Assembly: GCA_017694295.1 (NCBI GenBank)
Contig: JADINA010000012.1
Location: 3,150-67,149 of the forward strand
Reading direction: 5' to 3'
Length of the DNA stretch: 64,000 bases
Source of the DNA: Candidatus Alloenteromonas pullistercoris
Lineage (GTDB): Bacteria; Bacillota_I; Bacilli_A; RFN20; CAG-826
Below, piece after piece: positions 52,591 to 61,873 of this stretch (positions are counted from its first letter, which is position 1; every line of letters starts with the position of its first letter). Under the pieces are notes generated by a model. It had not been told where the DNA came from. It was given only the letters and a program-made list of their open reading frames with translations, and made no database searches. Both the position numbers and the translations under genes were made by a program.

Positions 52591-55257
52591 ATGAAAAGGG
52601 AATACAAAACTCTTGCCTTGCTCTCCGCCGCTTTGCTTCTAGTGGGATGCAACGACTCGTATAGCAGCAGCATTCCAAGTGAGAGTGGCGAAGGCGAGTC
52701 AAGCAGCCAGATAACCGATTCCACCTCTTCCCCCGACGCTTCCGATACCACGGATACCGGCGAAGGGGAAAAATACGTAATCCGGCCATCCTGGGACAGC
52801 TCGATCATCGACGCGAGCGTCGACAAAACCGAAGCAAAGGAAGGGGAAACGGTCACCATCACCATCAACGGCGCGACCGGGGTGACCATCACCCAGGTCA
52901 TCGTCGATGGGTCGACCGACACCGTCTTGACTTCCGAAGACGGGATCACCTACACCTTCATCATGCCCAACCAGTCGGTTCGGATCGTTATCCTTTACGA
53001 GGTGGCCGGGGAAATAACCTTGGTCGGCGATTTCAGCGCCGCCCTCACCCTCAACGAGGAAACCGGGGTTTACGAAGCCAAAGGCGTGAAGGTAAGCGGG
53101 CCGGAGGACATGGCCGCCTTCTCCTACCAAGTCGAGGGCGAAGACGGGGCGAAAACCAAGCTCGACGTCTCCTCGCTTGATGAGACGAAGACCTTCGCCA
53201 ACGTCACCTTCACCTACTCCTCAAGCACCAACCCGGCCGAGCAAAACCTGCAAATCGCCACCGGATGCACCTACGATTTCTATTACGACCCATCGGCCGC
53301 CCGGCCTTGCTATGTCAAGCGCGTCAGCGTCGACGCCCTCCCCGATTCCGTCGACTCGCTTTACACCCTCTTCGACGGCAGCGTCCGCAGCGAATCGACC
53401 ATCTCGACGCCCAACCTAACCGGGATGAGTTTGCAAATCGACGACGGGACGAACAACCGGACCCTGACGATGGCCGAGTACGAGGGCAACGTCAAATACG
53501 TCAACGTCCACGACAACAAAGCCAACCGCGATTACCCGGTTTACAAGCAAATCGACGAGGAAGCCAACCAGCTGATAATCGTCGATGCCTATACCCCCGA
53601 CATGGGCAATGACGACGCAACCAGGCAGAGCAGACGGAGCAACTCCGCCTATTCGGCGCGTTACGACATCGACGAAACGGTTGAGGACGCCCTCTTCACC
53701 AGGACATTAGAGGAGGCGAGGAAGGAATACAACACCATCCCCCACCAGATGTCGGAAATCGAATACGAGTTCATGTACGCCTACCGCGTCGGGACGAGCT
53801 CGGAATCCGACGATTCGGTTTCCTATTCCAACATCGCCATCGAATCGACCCAGAAGGCAAACGGCTTTACGACCGTCATCAACTCGACCGTCGAGCATAG
53901 CATCTCCGCCTCGACCTACGTCGACGAACGCCATGACGGCATCGTCTATGACGTTACCCTGACCTTCTCCGTCAAAGGCGAGCTCACCGCCATCGAATAC
54001 ACCGAAACCACCTATGCCGAGGATGAATGGGACTTCGTCGCCCACGCCCCGATAACCGGGATGGCCGGGACCATCACCAAAACCATCGATGGCACCTACA
54101 CCTATGACGGAGCCAAAGAGGAATCCCTCCCAAGCGGGTTTAACCTAAACCAATACTTCATTTCCGAATTCGACTCCATCCATTTCTATAACCCCGACTC
54201 CGGGCAGCCTGACGACGGGACCACCAACTGGCTCCATTACAACGATAAAGTCGCCATCGCCCCCTCCGACGACGAGGAGACGCTTGAAAACGTGACCGTC
54301 TCCTACTCCCCATCGACCGCCCTCGACCTTTGGACCTACGCCCCAACCGAGACAAGCGATAGCACCGTCATCGCCAAAAAAGGCTCCGACCTCTTTAACG
54401 AGATGACCTGCGTCGGTATCGGCGAGGCGACCGTCACCTTCACCAACCACACCGCCTCAACCGGGGTCAGGGAAGAGGTCGACATCAACGTCGGGGCCAC
54501 CACCAAGTGGTTCAGCTTCTCGCTTAACGGCACCACCAACGGGATGGTCGTCGACACCGCCCATGCCAACATCGTCGCCGGCACCACCGAGACCTATGAC
54601 GTCATCGTCACCCCAAATAGCGCCCCCGCCGATTTCAAGGCCATAGTCGATCCGACCTACGCGGACATCCTCAAGGTCGACTCGACCGTGGGCGGGCAAT
54701 TGGTCCTGACCGCCGAAGACGACCCCTCCATCACCGCCCCGACCGAAGTCGCCATCCGCATCTACTCCGACCAGTGGATGGACACCACGGTCATAAAAGA
54801 CGCCCTTTACATCTACATCACCATCATCCCCTCCGACTATTCGCTTGCCGGGACCTGGGAGTCGCTTGACGAGTACTACCAAACCACCATCGTCTTCACC
54901 GACGACGCCTACGAAGGCGAATACAACGAGGACTACTACACCGCCCCGAAGACGGGGACCATCGTCGACGTTTGGAGCGGCGACACCGACACCTACCATT
55001 TCTATTATGAGTATGATGGCGGGATCCTCCGGGCCAAGGTCTACGACATGGAGACGACCGACACCAACGGGTTCGAATTCACCCTAAACGACATCACCCT
55101 CGACTTCGTCTTTGACATATCGAACAACCAAGTCGGGCTATGCATGTATTACACCCTCACCGCCGAGGATGAATGGGTGGCTGAGGATTACGCGATAGTC
55201 GGCGGCTTCGACGACGAAGGCTACTTCTCCTACACCATGTTCGCCAAAGCCGAATAG
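52591..55257 (+). CDS. Large surface lipoprotein (888 aa), paralogue of 42670-45300
   Basis: Start at ATG 52591 (AAAGGAGA 7 nt upstream). Lipobox MKREYKTLALLSAALLLVGC plus a Ser-rich linker. Shares sequence blocks with the 876-aa protein (listed under that feature). Confidence 0.8.
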   Translation: MKREYKTLALLSAALLLVGCNDSYSSSIPSESGEGESSSQITDSTSSPDASDTTDTGEGEKYVIRPSWDSSIIDASVDKTEAKEGETVTITINGATGVTITQVIVDGSTDTVLTSEDGITYTFIMPNQSVRIVILYEVAGEITLVGDFSAALTLNEETGVYEAKGVKVSGPEDMAAFSYQVEGEDGAKTKLDVSSLDETKTFANVTFTYSSSTNPAEQNLQIATGCTYDFYYDPSAARPCYVKRVSVDALPDSVDSLYTLFDGSVRSESTISTPNLTGMSLQIDDGTNNRTLTMAEYEGNVKYVNVHDNKANRDYPVYKQIDEEANQLIIVDAYTPDMGNDDATRQSRRSNSAYSARYDIDETVEDALFTRTLEEARKEYNTIPHQMSEIEYEFMYAYRVGTSSESDDSVSYSNIAIESTQKANGFTTVINSTVEHSISASTYVDERHDGIVYDVTLTFSVKGELTAIEYTETTYAEDEWDFVAHAPITGMAGTITKTIDGTYTYDGAKEESLPSGFNLNQYFISEFDSIHFYNPDSGQPDDGTTNWLHYNDKVAIAPSDDEETLENVTVSYSPSTALDLWTYAPTETSDSTVIAKKGSDLFNEMTCVGIGEATVTFTNHTASTGVREEVDINVGATTKWFSFSLNGTTNGMVVDTAHANIVAGTTETYDVIVTPNSAPADFKAIVDPTYADILKVDSTVGGQLVLTAEDDPSITAPTEVAIRIYSDQWMDTTVIKDALYIYITIIPSDYSLAGTWESLDEYYQTTIVFTDDAYEGEYNEDYYTAPKTGTIVDVWSGDTDTYHFYYEYDGGILRAKVYDMETTDTNGFEFTLNDITLDFVFDISNNQVGLCMYYTLTAEDEWVAEDYAIVGGFDDEGYFSYTMFAKAE

Positions 55258-55272
55258 GAAAAGGCAAACGAT

Positions 55273-55306
55273 AAGGCCACCCCGCAAAGGTGGCCTTTTT
55301 CGTTTG
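55273..55306 (+). terminator. Rho-independent terminator after the 888-aa lipoprotein gene
   Basis: AAGGCCACC-ccgcaaa-GGTGGCCTT followed by TTTCGTTT. Confidence 0.75.
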
Positions 55307-55322
55307 GAAAAACCGCAAAAGC

Positions 55323-56015
55323 CTAATCTTTGAAGGCTTCTTGGAGGGAGAGATTGCTGAATTCCTCATCCATCGCCAAAGCCTCATAGCTCGCGCTTGA
55401 CTCAATTTGCTCCTTTATCAAGACGGAGAGGATGTCGATGGCGATGTTTTTGACGCCGTCGTTGTTTATTATGAAGTCGGCGTAGATGGAGCTCGGCTCG
55501 ACTATCTCCCCATACATCGGCTGAACGGTGTTGAAGTATTGGGAGACGATGTTCTCAAAGCTCCTCCCCCTTTCCTTCTTGTCGCGGATAAGCCGGCGCA
55601 GGAAGCGGCGCTCGCTCGAGGCGGAGATGAAAATCTTCATATCCCCAAGCCGCCTTATCTCCCTATCGACCAAGGCCATGATGCCCTCGACGAGGATAAC
55701 CTTCTTGGGGGCGATCTCCTCAAATTGCCCGGAACGGGTGAGCTTAACGAAATCGTAAATGGGCTTTTGGATGGGCTTGCCTTCCTTCAAATCGCGAAGC
55801 TGACGCCGCATAAGCGGCCAATCGAAGGCCTTGGGGTGGTCGTAGTTGACTTTGTAACGCTCCTCAATGGGCATATCGGATTGGTCTTTGTAGTAATCGT
55901 CCATCGTGAGGCGGACGATGTTTTCCCCGCCAAGCCGCTTGAGGACCTCGGAGGTGATATATGATTTGCCGGAGGACGAGCCCCCGCCGATGAGTATGAG
56001 GTGGTTCATGGTCAT
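55323..56015 (-). CDS. udk: Uridine kinase
   Basis: P-loop LILIGGGSSSGKSYI, then VNYDHPKAFDW and VILVEGIMAL. ATGA overlap with the M18 gene stop; ATG 56009 is an alternative start. Confidence 0.85.
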   Translation of the reverse strand: MTMNHLILIGGGSSSGKSYITSEVLKRLGGENIVRLTMDDYYKDQSDMPIEERYKVNYDHPKAFDWPLMRRQLRDLKEGKPIQKPIYDFVKLTRSGQFEEIAPKKVILVEGIMALVDREIRRLGDMKIFISASSERRFLRRLIRDKKERGRSFENIVSQYFNTVQPMYGEIVEPSSIYADFIINNDGVKNIAIDILSVLIKEQIESSASYEALAMDEEFSNLSLQEAFKD

Positions 56016-57241
56016 TCCCCCATTGGCTTAAGGTTGGAAAAGAAGGAGGAGGCAAACAGCTCCATCCAGCCCAAATCAAGATAGGCGCAGGATTCGACGG
56101 CGGAATGCATCGAAAGCAAAGGGACCCCGATGTCGAATGAGGGGATGGAAACCTGACTATTGGAGATATTGGCCAAAGTCGACCCGGAGCGGAGATCGCT
56201 GCGGATCGAATATTCCTGGAAGGGGATGCCGGCATCTAGGCAAATCGACTTGGCATAGGCCCCGGTAAGGCCGGAAGTGGAATAGGCGGAGGAGGCGCTG
56301 TATTTAAGCGCCACCCCCTTCCCCATCCGGATCGGGTGGCATTGGTCCTCAAGGGAAAGCTTGTTTGGATGCCCGGCGTGGGCGGCGTCGGAGGAGCAAA
56401 GGCAGGAACGAGGCAAAGCCTTAGCCAAATCAAAGCCAAGATCGGATGCTACCTGCTTCAGCCCCTCTGAAAGCAAATCGCCCGCGGCCCCCGAATAGAT
56501 GGAGGAGCCGATCTCCTCCCCGGAAAATAGGACGAGCACCTTGATGAGGTCCTCATCGGCCCGGGGCGAATTGGCGAAAGCGTAAACTCCAGCATAAGCC
56601 CCGGAAAGGTCATCGAGGCGCGGAGAAAGGCAAAACTCGGAATTGAGGCCGACCGACTTCGCCTTCTCCTTCACCACTAAATACAGGTCGAAGCCCAGTA
56701 TCTCCCCCGCTTCCGGGCAAAGGGAAAGAAGATAACGCTCAAAGGAAAAGGGGGCGCTAGGCAAAGAAGAGGAGATGACGGCGCGCAAATCAAGGCTTGG
56801 GTCGACGGAGAAGGAGGAATTGACGTCGCGTCCATAATGGATGGCGAGGCTTGGGACGTAGGCAAAGGGCTCCTTCGACTCGATTAGGCGGGGCCGCAGG
56901 TCCTTCCCGATGACGCGTCCGGACAAATACAAAGGACGGTCGAACAAGGAATAATCTATTGCCCCGCCGTAAACCTCGGTCTCAAGCAAGGCGAGCCCGC
57001 CGGAATAGGTAACGGGGCGCGGCTTGATTTTGAGGCAAGGGGAATCGAGGTGGGCGGCGTAGATGGCAAAGCGCGGGGCGGAAACCTTCTTTGGGTAAAT
57101 GGCGGCGAATAGCGACGAGCCATCGCGGGTTTGGAGGACATCCGCCTTCCCCTCCAATTCCTTTTTTGCCAAGGCGGCGTTAACGAAAACGGAGGAGGAG
57201 TTTTCTAGCGCCTCCTTCATCCAGCTTAGGAACTTTTCCAT
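56012..57241 (-). CDS. M18-family (aspartyl-type) aminopeptidase
   Basis: AAHLDSPCLKIKPRP, SPRLDDLSGAYAG, FSGEEIGSS, SSDAAHAGHPN and FDIGVPLLSMHSAVE match M18 metal-ligand and active-site blocks. Confidence 0.85.
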   Translation of the reverse strand: MEKFLSWMKEALENSSSVFVNAALAKKELEGKADVLQTRDGSSLFAAIYPKKVSAPRFAIYAAHLDSPCLKIKPRPVTYSGGLALLETEVYGGAIDYSLFDRPLYLSGRVIGKDLRPRLIESKEPFAYVPSLAIHYGRDVNSSFSVDPSLDLRAVISSSLPSAPFSFERYLLSLCPEAGEILGFDLYLVVKEKAKSVGLNSEFCLSPRLDDLSGAYAGVYAFANSPRADEDLIKVLVLFSGEEIGSSIYSGAAGDLLSEGLKQVASDLGFDLAKALPRSCLCSSDAAHAGHPNKLSLEDQCHPIRMGKGVALKYSASSAYSTSGLTGAYAKSICLDAGIPFQEYSIRSDLRSGSTLANISNSQVSIPSFDIGVPLLSMHSAVESCAYLDLGWMELFASSFFSNLKPMGE

Positions 57242-57298
57242 GCGTCTATAATCCTTTCCTAGCGATTATAGACCGAGGAAAAGGCTTTAGGAAGCCGG

Positions 57299-59200
57299 TT
57301 AAATGGAAAAGGAAACGGAGCCGACCTTATATAGGTTGCCGGACTCTGACCCGATTAGGCAGGCTTTGCCTGAATACTGTCCTGGGGTAAGCGAGCTTAA
57401 GGGCAAAGAAAGCGCATAATGATCGCCCTTATCCTCGAATTCGAGCCGGGAAGAATTTGAAGGGGAGTCCAAATACAGGCACGCCCCATCGAAGCCCTCG
57501 AGGAAGCCTTCTTTGGTTTGGATGTCGGAGATGGTCACTTCGCCATTTTCCATATCGAGGCTCACATCGGCCTTCGGGCAAAGTCCCTTGGCGTTAAGGT
57601 AATCGAGGTTAAGCGGGTCGAACTCGAAAAGCCGCTGCATGGTTTCCGACTTCTTTTCGATCTCGAGCTCGACCGTCTCCAAGCCATATTCCTCAATGAG
57701 GGTTTCCTTTTCCGAATACAGGTTGGTCCCAAGGCCGAGCCTATCCCCCTCGATCTCATATCCGAGGGCGGCGATGGTCGTCGGGAAGGTGTCGTAGGCG
57801 CAATATTCCCGCTTCTCGCGACCCTCCCTTTCGGCATAGGGGGATTCGAAACAATAGTAGGTGCGGCGGTCGAAGCCGTCGTCGATGGCATCATTAAGCC
57901 AGGACCCGGACATGGTGACGTGGTCGCCGACGATGACCAAGGCCGTGTTGCCGCTTACCTCCTCGGGTATTTCCCCGGATTCGAAATACCAGTCGGCGAA
58001 ATCGCTTACCTGCTTCGAGGAGCAGCGGATGCAGGCCCCGTATTGGTTTTCCTCCACCATCTCCTGGTCGCAGTATGGGCAGGGGTTCCCGTCATCGGCC
58101 ACCGAGTTGCCCGAGAAATGGGTGTCGACGGTGAGGGCGGTGACGTTGAATGGGGTTCCCTTTTCCACGTAGTTATCCGACAAAACGGCCAACTCGTCTT
58201 TCACATAATCGAAAAGATGGTAATCCTGGTAGCCCCAGAATCCGTCGTTTTCGACGTGGTTGGGGTCGGAGGCGGGGAGGGAGTTGTAATAAGGGAAATC
58301 GCGGAAGGAGAAGGAGCCGTGCTCCTCAAAGAAGGCCCGCCTTCCGCCGAAGACGGCATCCGATCCGCAGAAGAAATACTGGTCGTAGCCCTCGTTATGG
58401 AGGAAGTCGCCGAGGTTATAGACGCCAGGGAAGAAATATTCCTGCTCGTTCATGTTGGAATCGGCGAAGGGGGTTTTGTAGGGAAGACCGGAATAATGGG
58501 AGAAGATGGCGGCCATCGTCCAAGTCGAGTATTCGAGGCAATGGGCCCCGTTTATGGCCGTGATCGAATCGCCGAAATCCTCGTATTCATTGGCCAACTG
58601 GCTTAGTTCCGGGATGAAGTTTTCCTCGAAATAGCCGCCATATTCCTTGGAGGAATACGTCGTCTCCATCGATTCGAGGATGAGGAAGATGAGGTTGGTT
58701 TTCTTCTTCTCCGGGTGGGCGTTTACGATGCTTACCGAGCTTGGGGAGACGTAATGCTCGTCGATGAAGGAGGAGGAGGCGAAGGCGGTCGTGACGAAAT
58801 GGCTCAGATCGACGTAATCGCAAAAGCAGGCCATCGAGGGTATGACGGCGATTAGGCTAAGAAGGAAGCAGGCAAGCGGCATGCGGCGCCGCCACTTAAA
58901 TTTGTAGTGGCGGAATATAAAATAAAGCCCCACCGCGATCCCGACGATCACGGCGGTCGGGATGATGGCCTCCAAGACGAAAAGAAGGAAATTGATCGAA
59001 GGGGCGCCCCCCAGGTTTTTGACGGTCGAAAGCATCTCCGGTATCGAGACATAGGGGAACGAGGTCATGCACCAGATGACGGTGCAGGTGAGGAAGAGGA
59101 AGCCGATGGCGAAGAAAATTAAAACGCCGGCCCTCACTTTTTTCTTGACGTTGGCCTTCCTTTCGCCTTCCGCGATTTCGCTTTTTTCCTTCGTTTCCAT
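57299..59200 (-). CDS. LtaS/MdoB-like sulfatase-superfamily phosphoglycerol transferase (membrane-anchored)
   Basis: Start at ATG 59200 (METKEK, with GAGGGG upstream); the track start at 59215 is a TTG. About five N-terminal TM helices, then NLIFLILESMETTYS and LVIVGDH, which are typical of the alkaline-phosphatase-like LtaS domain. Confidence 0.6.
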   Translation of the reverse strand: METKEKSEIAEGERKANVKKKVRAGVLIFFAIGFLFLTCTVIWCMTSFPYVSIPEMLSTVKNLGGAPSINFLLFVLEAIIPTAVIVGIAVGLYFIFRHYKFKWRRRMPLACFLLSLIAVIPSMACFCDYVDLSHFVTTAFASSSFIDEHYVSPSSVSIVNAHPEKKKTNLIFLILESMETTYSSKEYGGYFEENFIPELSQLANEYEDFGDSITAINGAHCLEYSTWTMAAIFSHYSGLPYKTPFADSNMNEQEYFFPGVYNLGDFLHNEGYDQYFFCGSDAVFGGRRAFFEEHGSFSFRDFPYYNSLPASDPNHVENDGFWGYQDYHLFDYVKDELAVLSDNYVEKGTPFNVTALTVDTHFSGNSVADDGNPCPYCDQEMVEENQYGACIRCSSKQVSDFADWYFESGEIPEEVSGNTALVIVGDHVTMSGSWLNDAIDDGFDRRTYYCFESPYAEREGREKREYCAYDTFPTTIAALGYEIEGDRLGLGTNLYSEKETLIEEYGLETVELEIEKKSETMQRLFEFDPLNLDYLNAKGLCPKADVSLDMENGEVTISDIQTKEGFLEGFDGACLYLDSPSNSSRLEFEDKGDHYALSLPLSSLTPGQYSGKACLIGSESGNLYKVGSVSFSI

Positions 59201-59278
59201 TTTTTCACCCCTCAAGGTAAAGGCGAATATACTACGGACTTAGAAGTTTTTCTATATAGAAAAGGGCCTATGGGCAAT

Positions 59279-59851
59279 CTAGATGAGGGCCTCTAGCAGG
59301 ATCTTCATCCCGATGCCGAGGAAGACGATGGCCGAGATAAGTCCGCTATAGCGTTTTAGCGGCTTAGAAAGGAAAGAGCCAAGCAAAGCGCAAAGGAAGC
59401 TTAGCCCCATTGTCACCACGCCTATCATGGCAAAACTAACCATGGCGTCGGCGACCGAATAGCTTAAAAAGGTAAACCCGATGCAAAGGGCGTCAATCGA
59501 GGTGGCGACGGCCTGAACCAATATCTCATTGACCTTAAGGGAGCTTTCCTCCGTCTTTTCCGCCTCCTTTTCCCGCAAACCCCTTATGAAATCGACGAAA
59601 CACTTAATCGCAAGCAAGACCAATAGGCTGAAGGCGATATAGGGGATGGCGACATCGAGGACGTCGCGGAAGGTGTAGCCAAGGCCATACCCGATGGAGG
59701 GCATCGCGGCTTGGAAAAGCCCAAAGAGGAAGGAGCACAAAAGCAATAGCCCCCACTTCCTTAGGCCGATCCTAACGGCATTGCAGGCGTTGGTGACACT
59801 CGCGTCAATCGCCATATTGAAGGAAACGACGACCACCAATCCCCAATCCAT
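59279..59851 (-). CDS. mntP: Manganese efflux pump MntP family
   Basis: 190 aa with six TM helices. SFNMAIDASV...LLLLCSFLFGLFQAAMPSIGYGLGY and a second-half repeat VATSIDALCIGF are characteristic of MntP/DUF204. Confidence 0.75.
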   Translation of the reverse strand: MDWGLVVVVSFNMAIDASVTNACNAVRIGLRKWGLLLLCSFLFGLFQAAMPSIGYGLGYTFRDVLDVAIPYIAFSLLVLLAIKCFVDFIRGLREKEAEKTEESSLKVNEILVQAVATSIDALCIGFTFLSYSVADAMVSFAMIGVVTMGLSFLCALLGSFLSKPLKRYSGLISAIVFLGIGMKILLEALI

Positions 59852-59956
59852 AACCGTTATTCCGATGCCGGCACACTATACACAAACATGATAAAAGAAA
59901 GAAGTATCTCCTTACCCCTTGAAATGCGAAACAGGTGAACTAGAATAACGAACGCC

Positions 59957-61873
59957 ATGAAACACAATACGCTGACCTATTCCGAGCAAGATAGGGCCCT
60001 TGATAAACAAGACGCCAAAAAGACCTTGCCGATCTACATCGAATGCCTTAAGCCGAGTTGGCGGCTCATCATCGTCGACTTCATCGTCATTTTGCTCGAC
60101 GCCTTCTTCGAGCTCATGATCCCCTACCTCTCGGGCCGGTTGATCCAAGACGGGCTGGAAGGCTATGGGGCGCTTGACGCCCTTGGCAACCCGACCCCGA
60201 TCGTCATCGGGGGCGGATTCGACCAGCCGGCTTTGTTCTACGTCTGGCTTTATGGCGGGCTCATGATCGGATGCGCCCTATTGGCCATCGCCTGCCAGCT
60301 TTGCGGGATGAAGCTTTCCGCCGTCATCTCAAGCGACTACATCGAGCGGCTCCGCAACACGATATTCGCCAAAGCCGAGCAGTTCTCCTTCTCCAACATC
60401 GGGGACTTCCCGGTCTCGAAGCTCACCACCATGCTCTCCAACGACTGCAACAACATCCGCTTCTTCATCCTCATGTTCGTCCGAATGGGCTTTAAGCAAT
60501 CGATAGTCGCCACCCTCTGCTTCGTCTTCATCTTCTCCCTCAACTGGCTAATCGGCATCATCGCCCTCCCGATGGTCGCCATCGCCTTTTTGATAATCGT
60601 CGTCATCATCCGCAAGACCAAGCCGCAGTTCATCCTCACCCAGTCGGCCATCGACAACGTCAACCACAACGTCGAGGAGGACACCGAGGGCATCCGCGAG
60701 GTCAAAGCCTTCTGCCGGGAAGGCCATATGCAGGAGAAATTCGAGAAGGCCAACGGGGAACTAACCGACATCACCTTCGTCTCGGTGTGGCGCCTTGGCC
60801 TAAGCGGCTCGATCACGACCCTCACCATCAACCTCGTCATCACCGCCATTCAGCTGCTCGGCGGATTCTCCATGCTTTACACCGCCGACCCCAACCCCCT
60901 ATGGACGATGTTCAACAACGGCAACCCCCTCTTCGACGCCGGGGAGCTTTCGATGCTCACCAGCTACGCCGCCGTCCTCACCATGTCCTTCTCCTTCCTC
61001 TCGATGCTCGTCCAGTTCTATTCCCGGGCCGAGGCCAGCAAGGAGAGGATCGACCGGGTGCTTTGCGAGGAGATCGACATCTCCTACTCCCCCAAGCCCA
61101 AGACGGCGGATTTCGACCCCGACCACCTTAATGGCGGCGACGTCGACTTCGAAAACCTCGTCTTCTCCTACCTGAAAGACCCAACCAAGCCGGCCGTCGG
61201 CCCGATAAACCTCCATATATCATCCGGGGAGAAAATCGGCATCATCGGGGGGACGGGCTCAGGCAAATCGAGCTTGGTCAACCTCATCCCGCGGCTTTAC
61301 GACGCGACAAGCGGCCAGGTGAAGATCGGCGGCCACGACGTCAAGGACTACTCGCTCAACGCATTGCGCGGGGAAATCGGGGTCGTCTTACAAAACAACG
61401 TTCTCTTCACCGGGACCATAAGAAGCAACATCCAATGGGGGAAGAAAGACGCGACCGATGAGGAGATCTTCAAAGCCCTCGACGTCGCCTGCGCCTCCGA
61501 CTTCGTCAAATCCTTCAAAGACGGGCTCGACACCCCGGTCTCCCAAGGCGGAAAATCGGTTTCGGGCGGGCAAAAGCAAAGGCTATGCATCGCCAGGGCC
61601 GTAATTAAAAACCCGAAGATCCTCATCCTCGACGATTCGGTCTCGGCCTGCGACATGGACACCAGCCGCCGCATTCAGGAGCAGCTATCATCCAACTTGA
61701 AAGGGACGACCGTCTTCATGATCGCCCAGCGGGTCGACTCGATAAAGCGCTGCGACAAGATCCTCGTCCTCGACAACGGGAAGCTGATAAGCTTTGGCAC
61801 CCACGATCAATTGATGCAGGGCTGCCCGCTATATAGGGATATCGCCGAAATCCAGGCCAAGGGGGTTGAATGA
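59957..61873 (+). CDS. ABC exporter, fused permease/ATPase (type I, first subunit of a heterodimer)
   Basis: Six-TM domain, then Walker A GGTGSGKSSL, signature VSGGQKQRLCIARA, and Walker B ILILDDS. Confidence 0.85.
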   Translation: MKHNTLTYSEQDRALDKQDAKKTLPIYIECLKPSWRLIIVDFIVILLDAFFELMIPYLSGRLIQDGLEGYGALDALGNPTPIVIGGGFDQPALFYVWLYGGLMIGCALLAIACQLCGMKLSAVISSDYIERLRNTIFAKAEQFSFSNIGDFPVSKLTTMLSNDCNNIRFFILMFVRMGFKQSIVATLCFVFIFSLNWLIGIIALPMVAIAFLIIVVIIRKTKPQFILTQSAIDNVNHNVEEDTEGIREVKAFCREGHMQEKFEKANGELTDITFVSVWRLGLSGSITTLTINLVITAIQLLGGFSMLYTADPNPLWTMFNNGNPLFDAGELSMLTSYAAVLTMSFSFLSMLVQFYSRAEASKERIDRVLCEEIDISYSPKPKTADFDPDHLNGGDVDFENLVFSYLKDPTKPAVGPINLHISSGEKIGIIGGTGSGKSSLVNLIPRLYDATSGQVKIGGHDVKDYSLNALRGEIGVVLQNNVLFTGTIRSNIQWGKKDATDEEIFKALDVACASDFVKSFKDGLDTPVSQGGKSVSGGQKQRLCIARAVIKNPKILILDDSVSACDMDTSRRIQEQLSSNLKGTTVFMIAQRVDSIKRCDKILVLDNGKLISFGTHDQLMQGCPLYRDIAEIQAKGVE

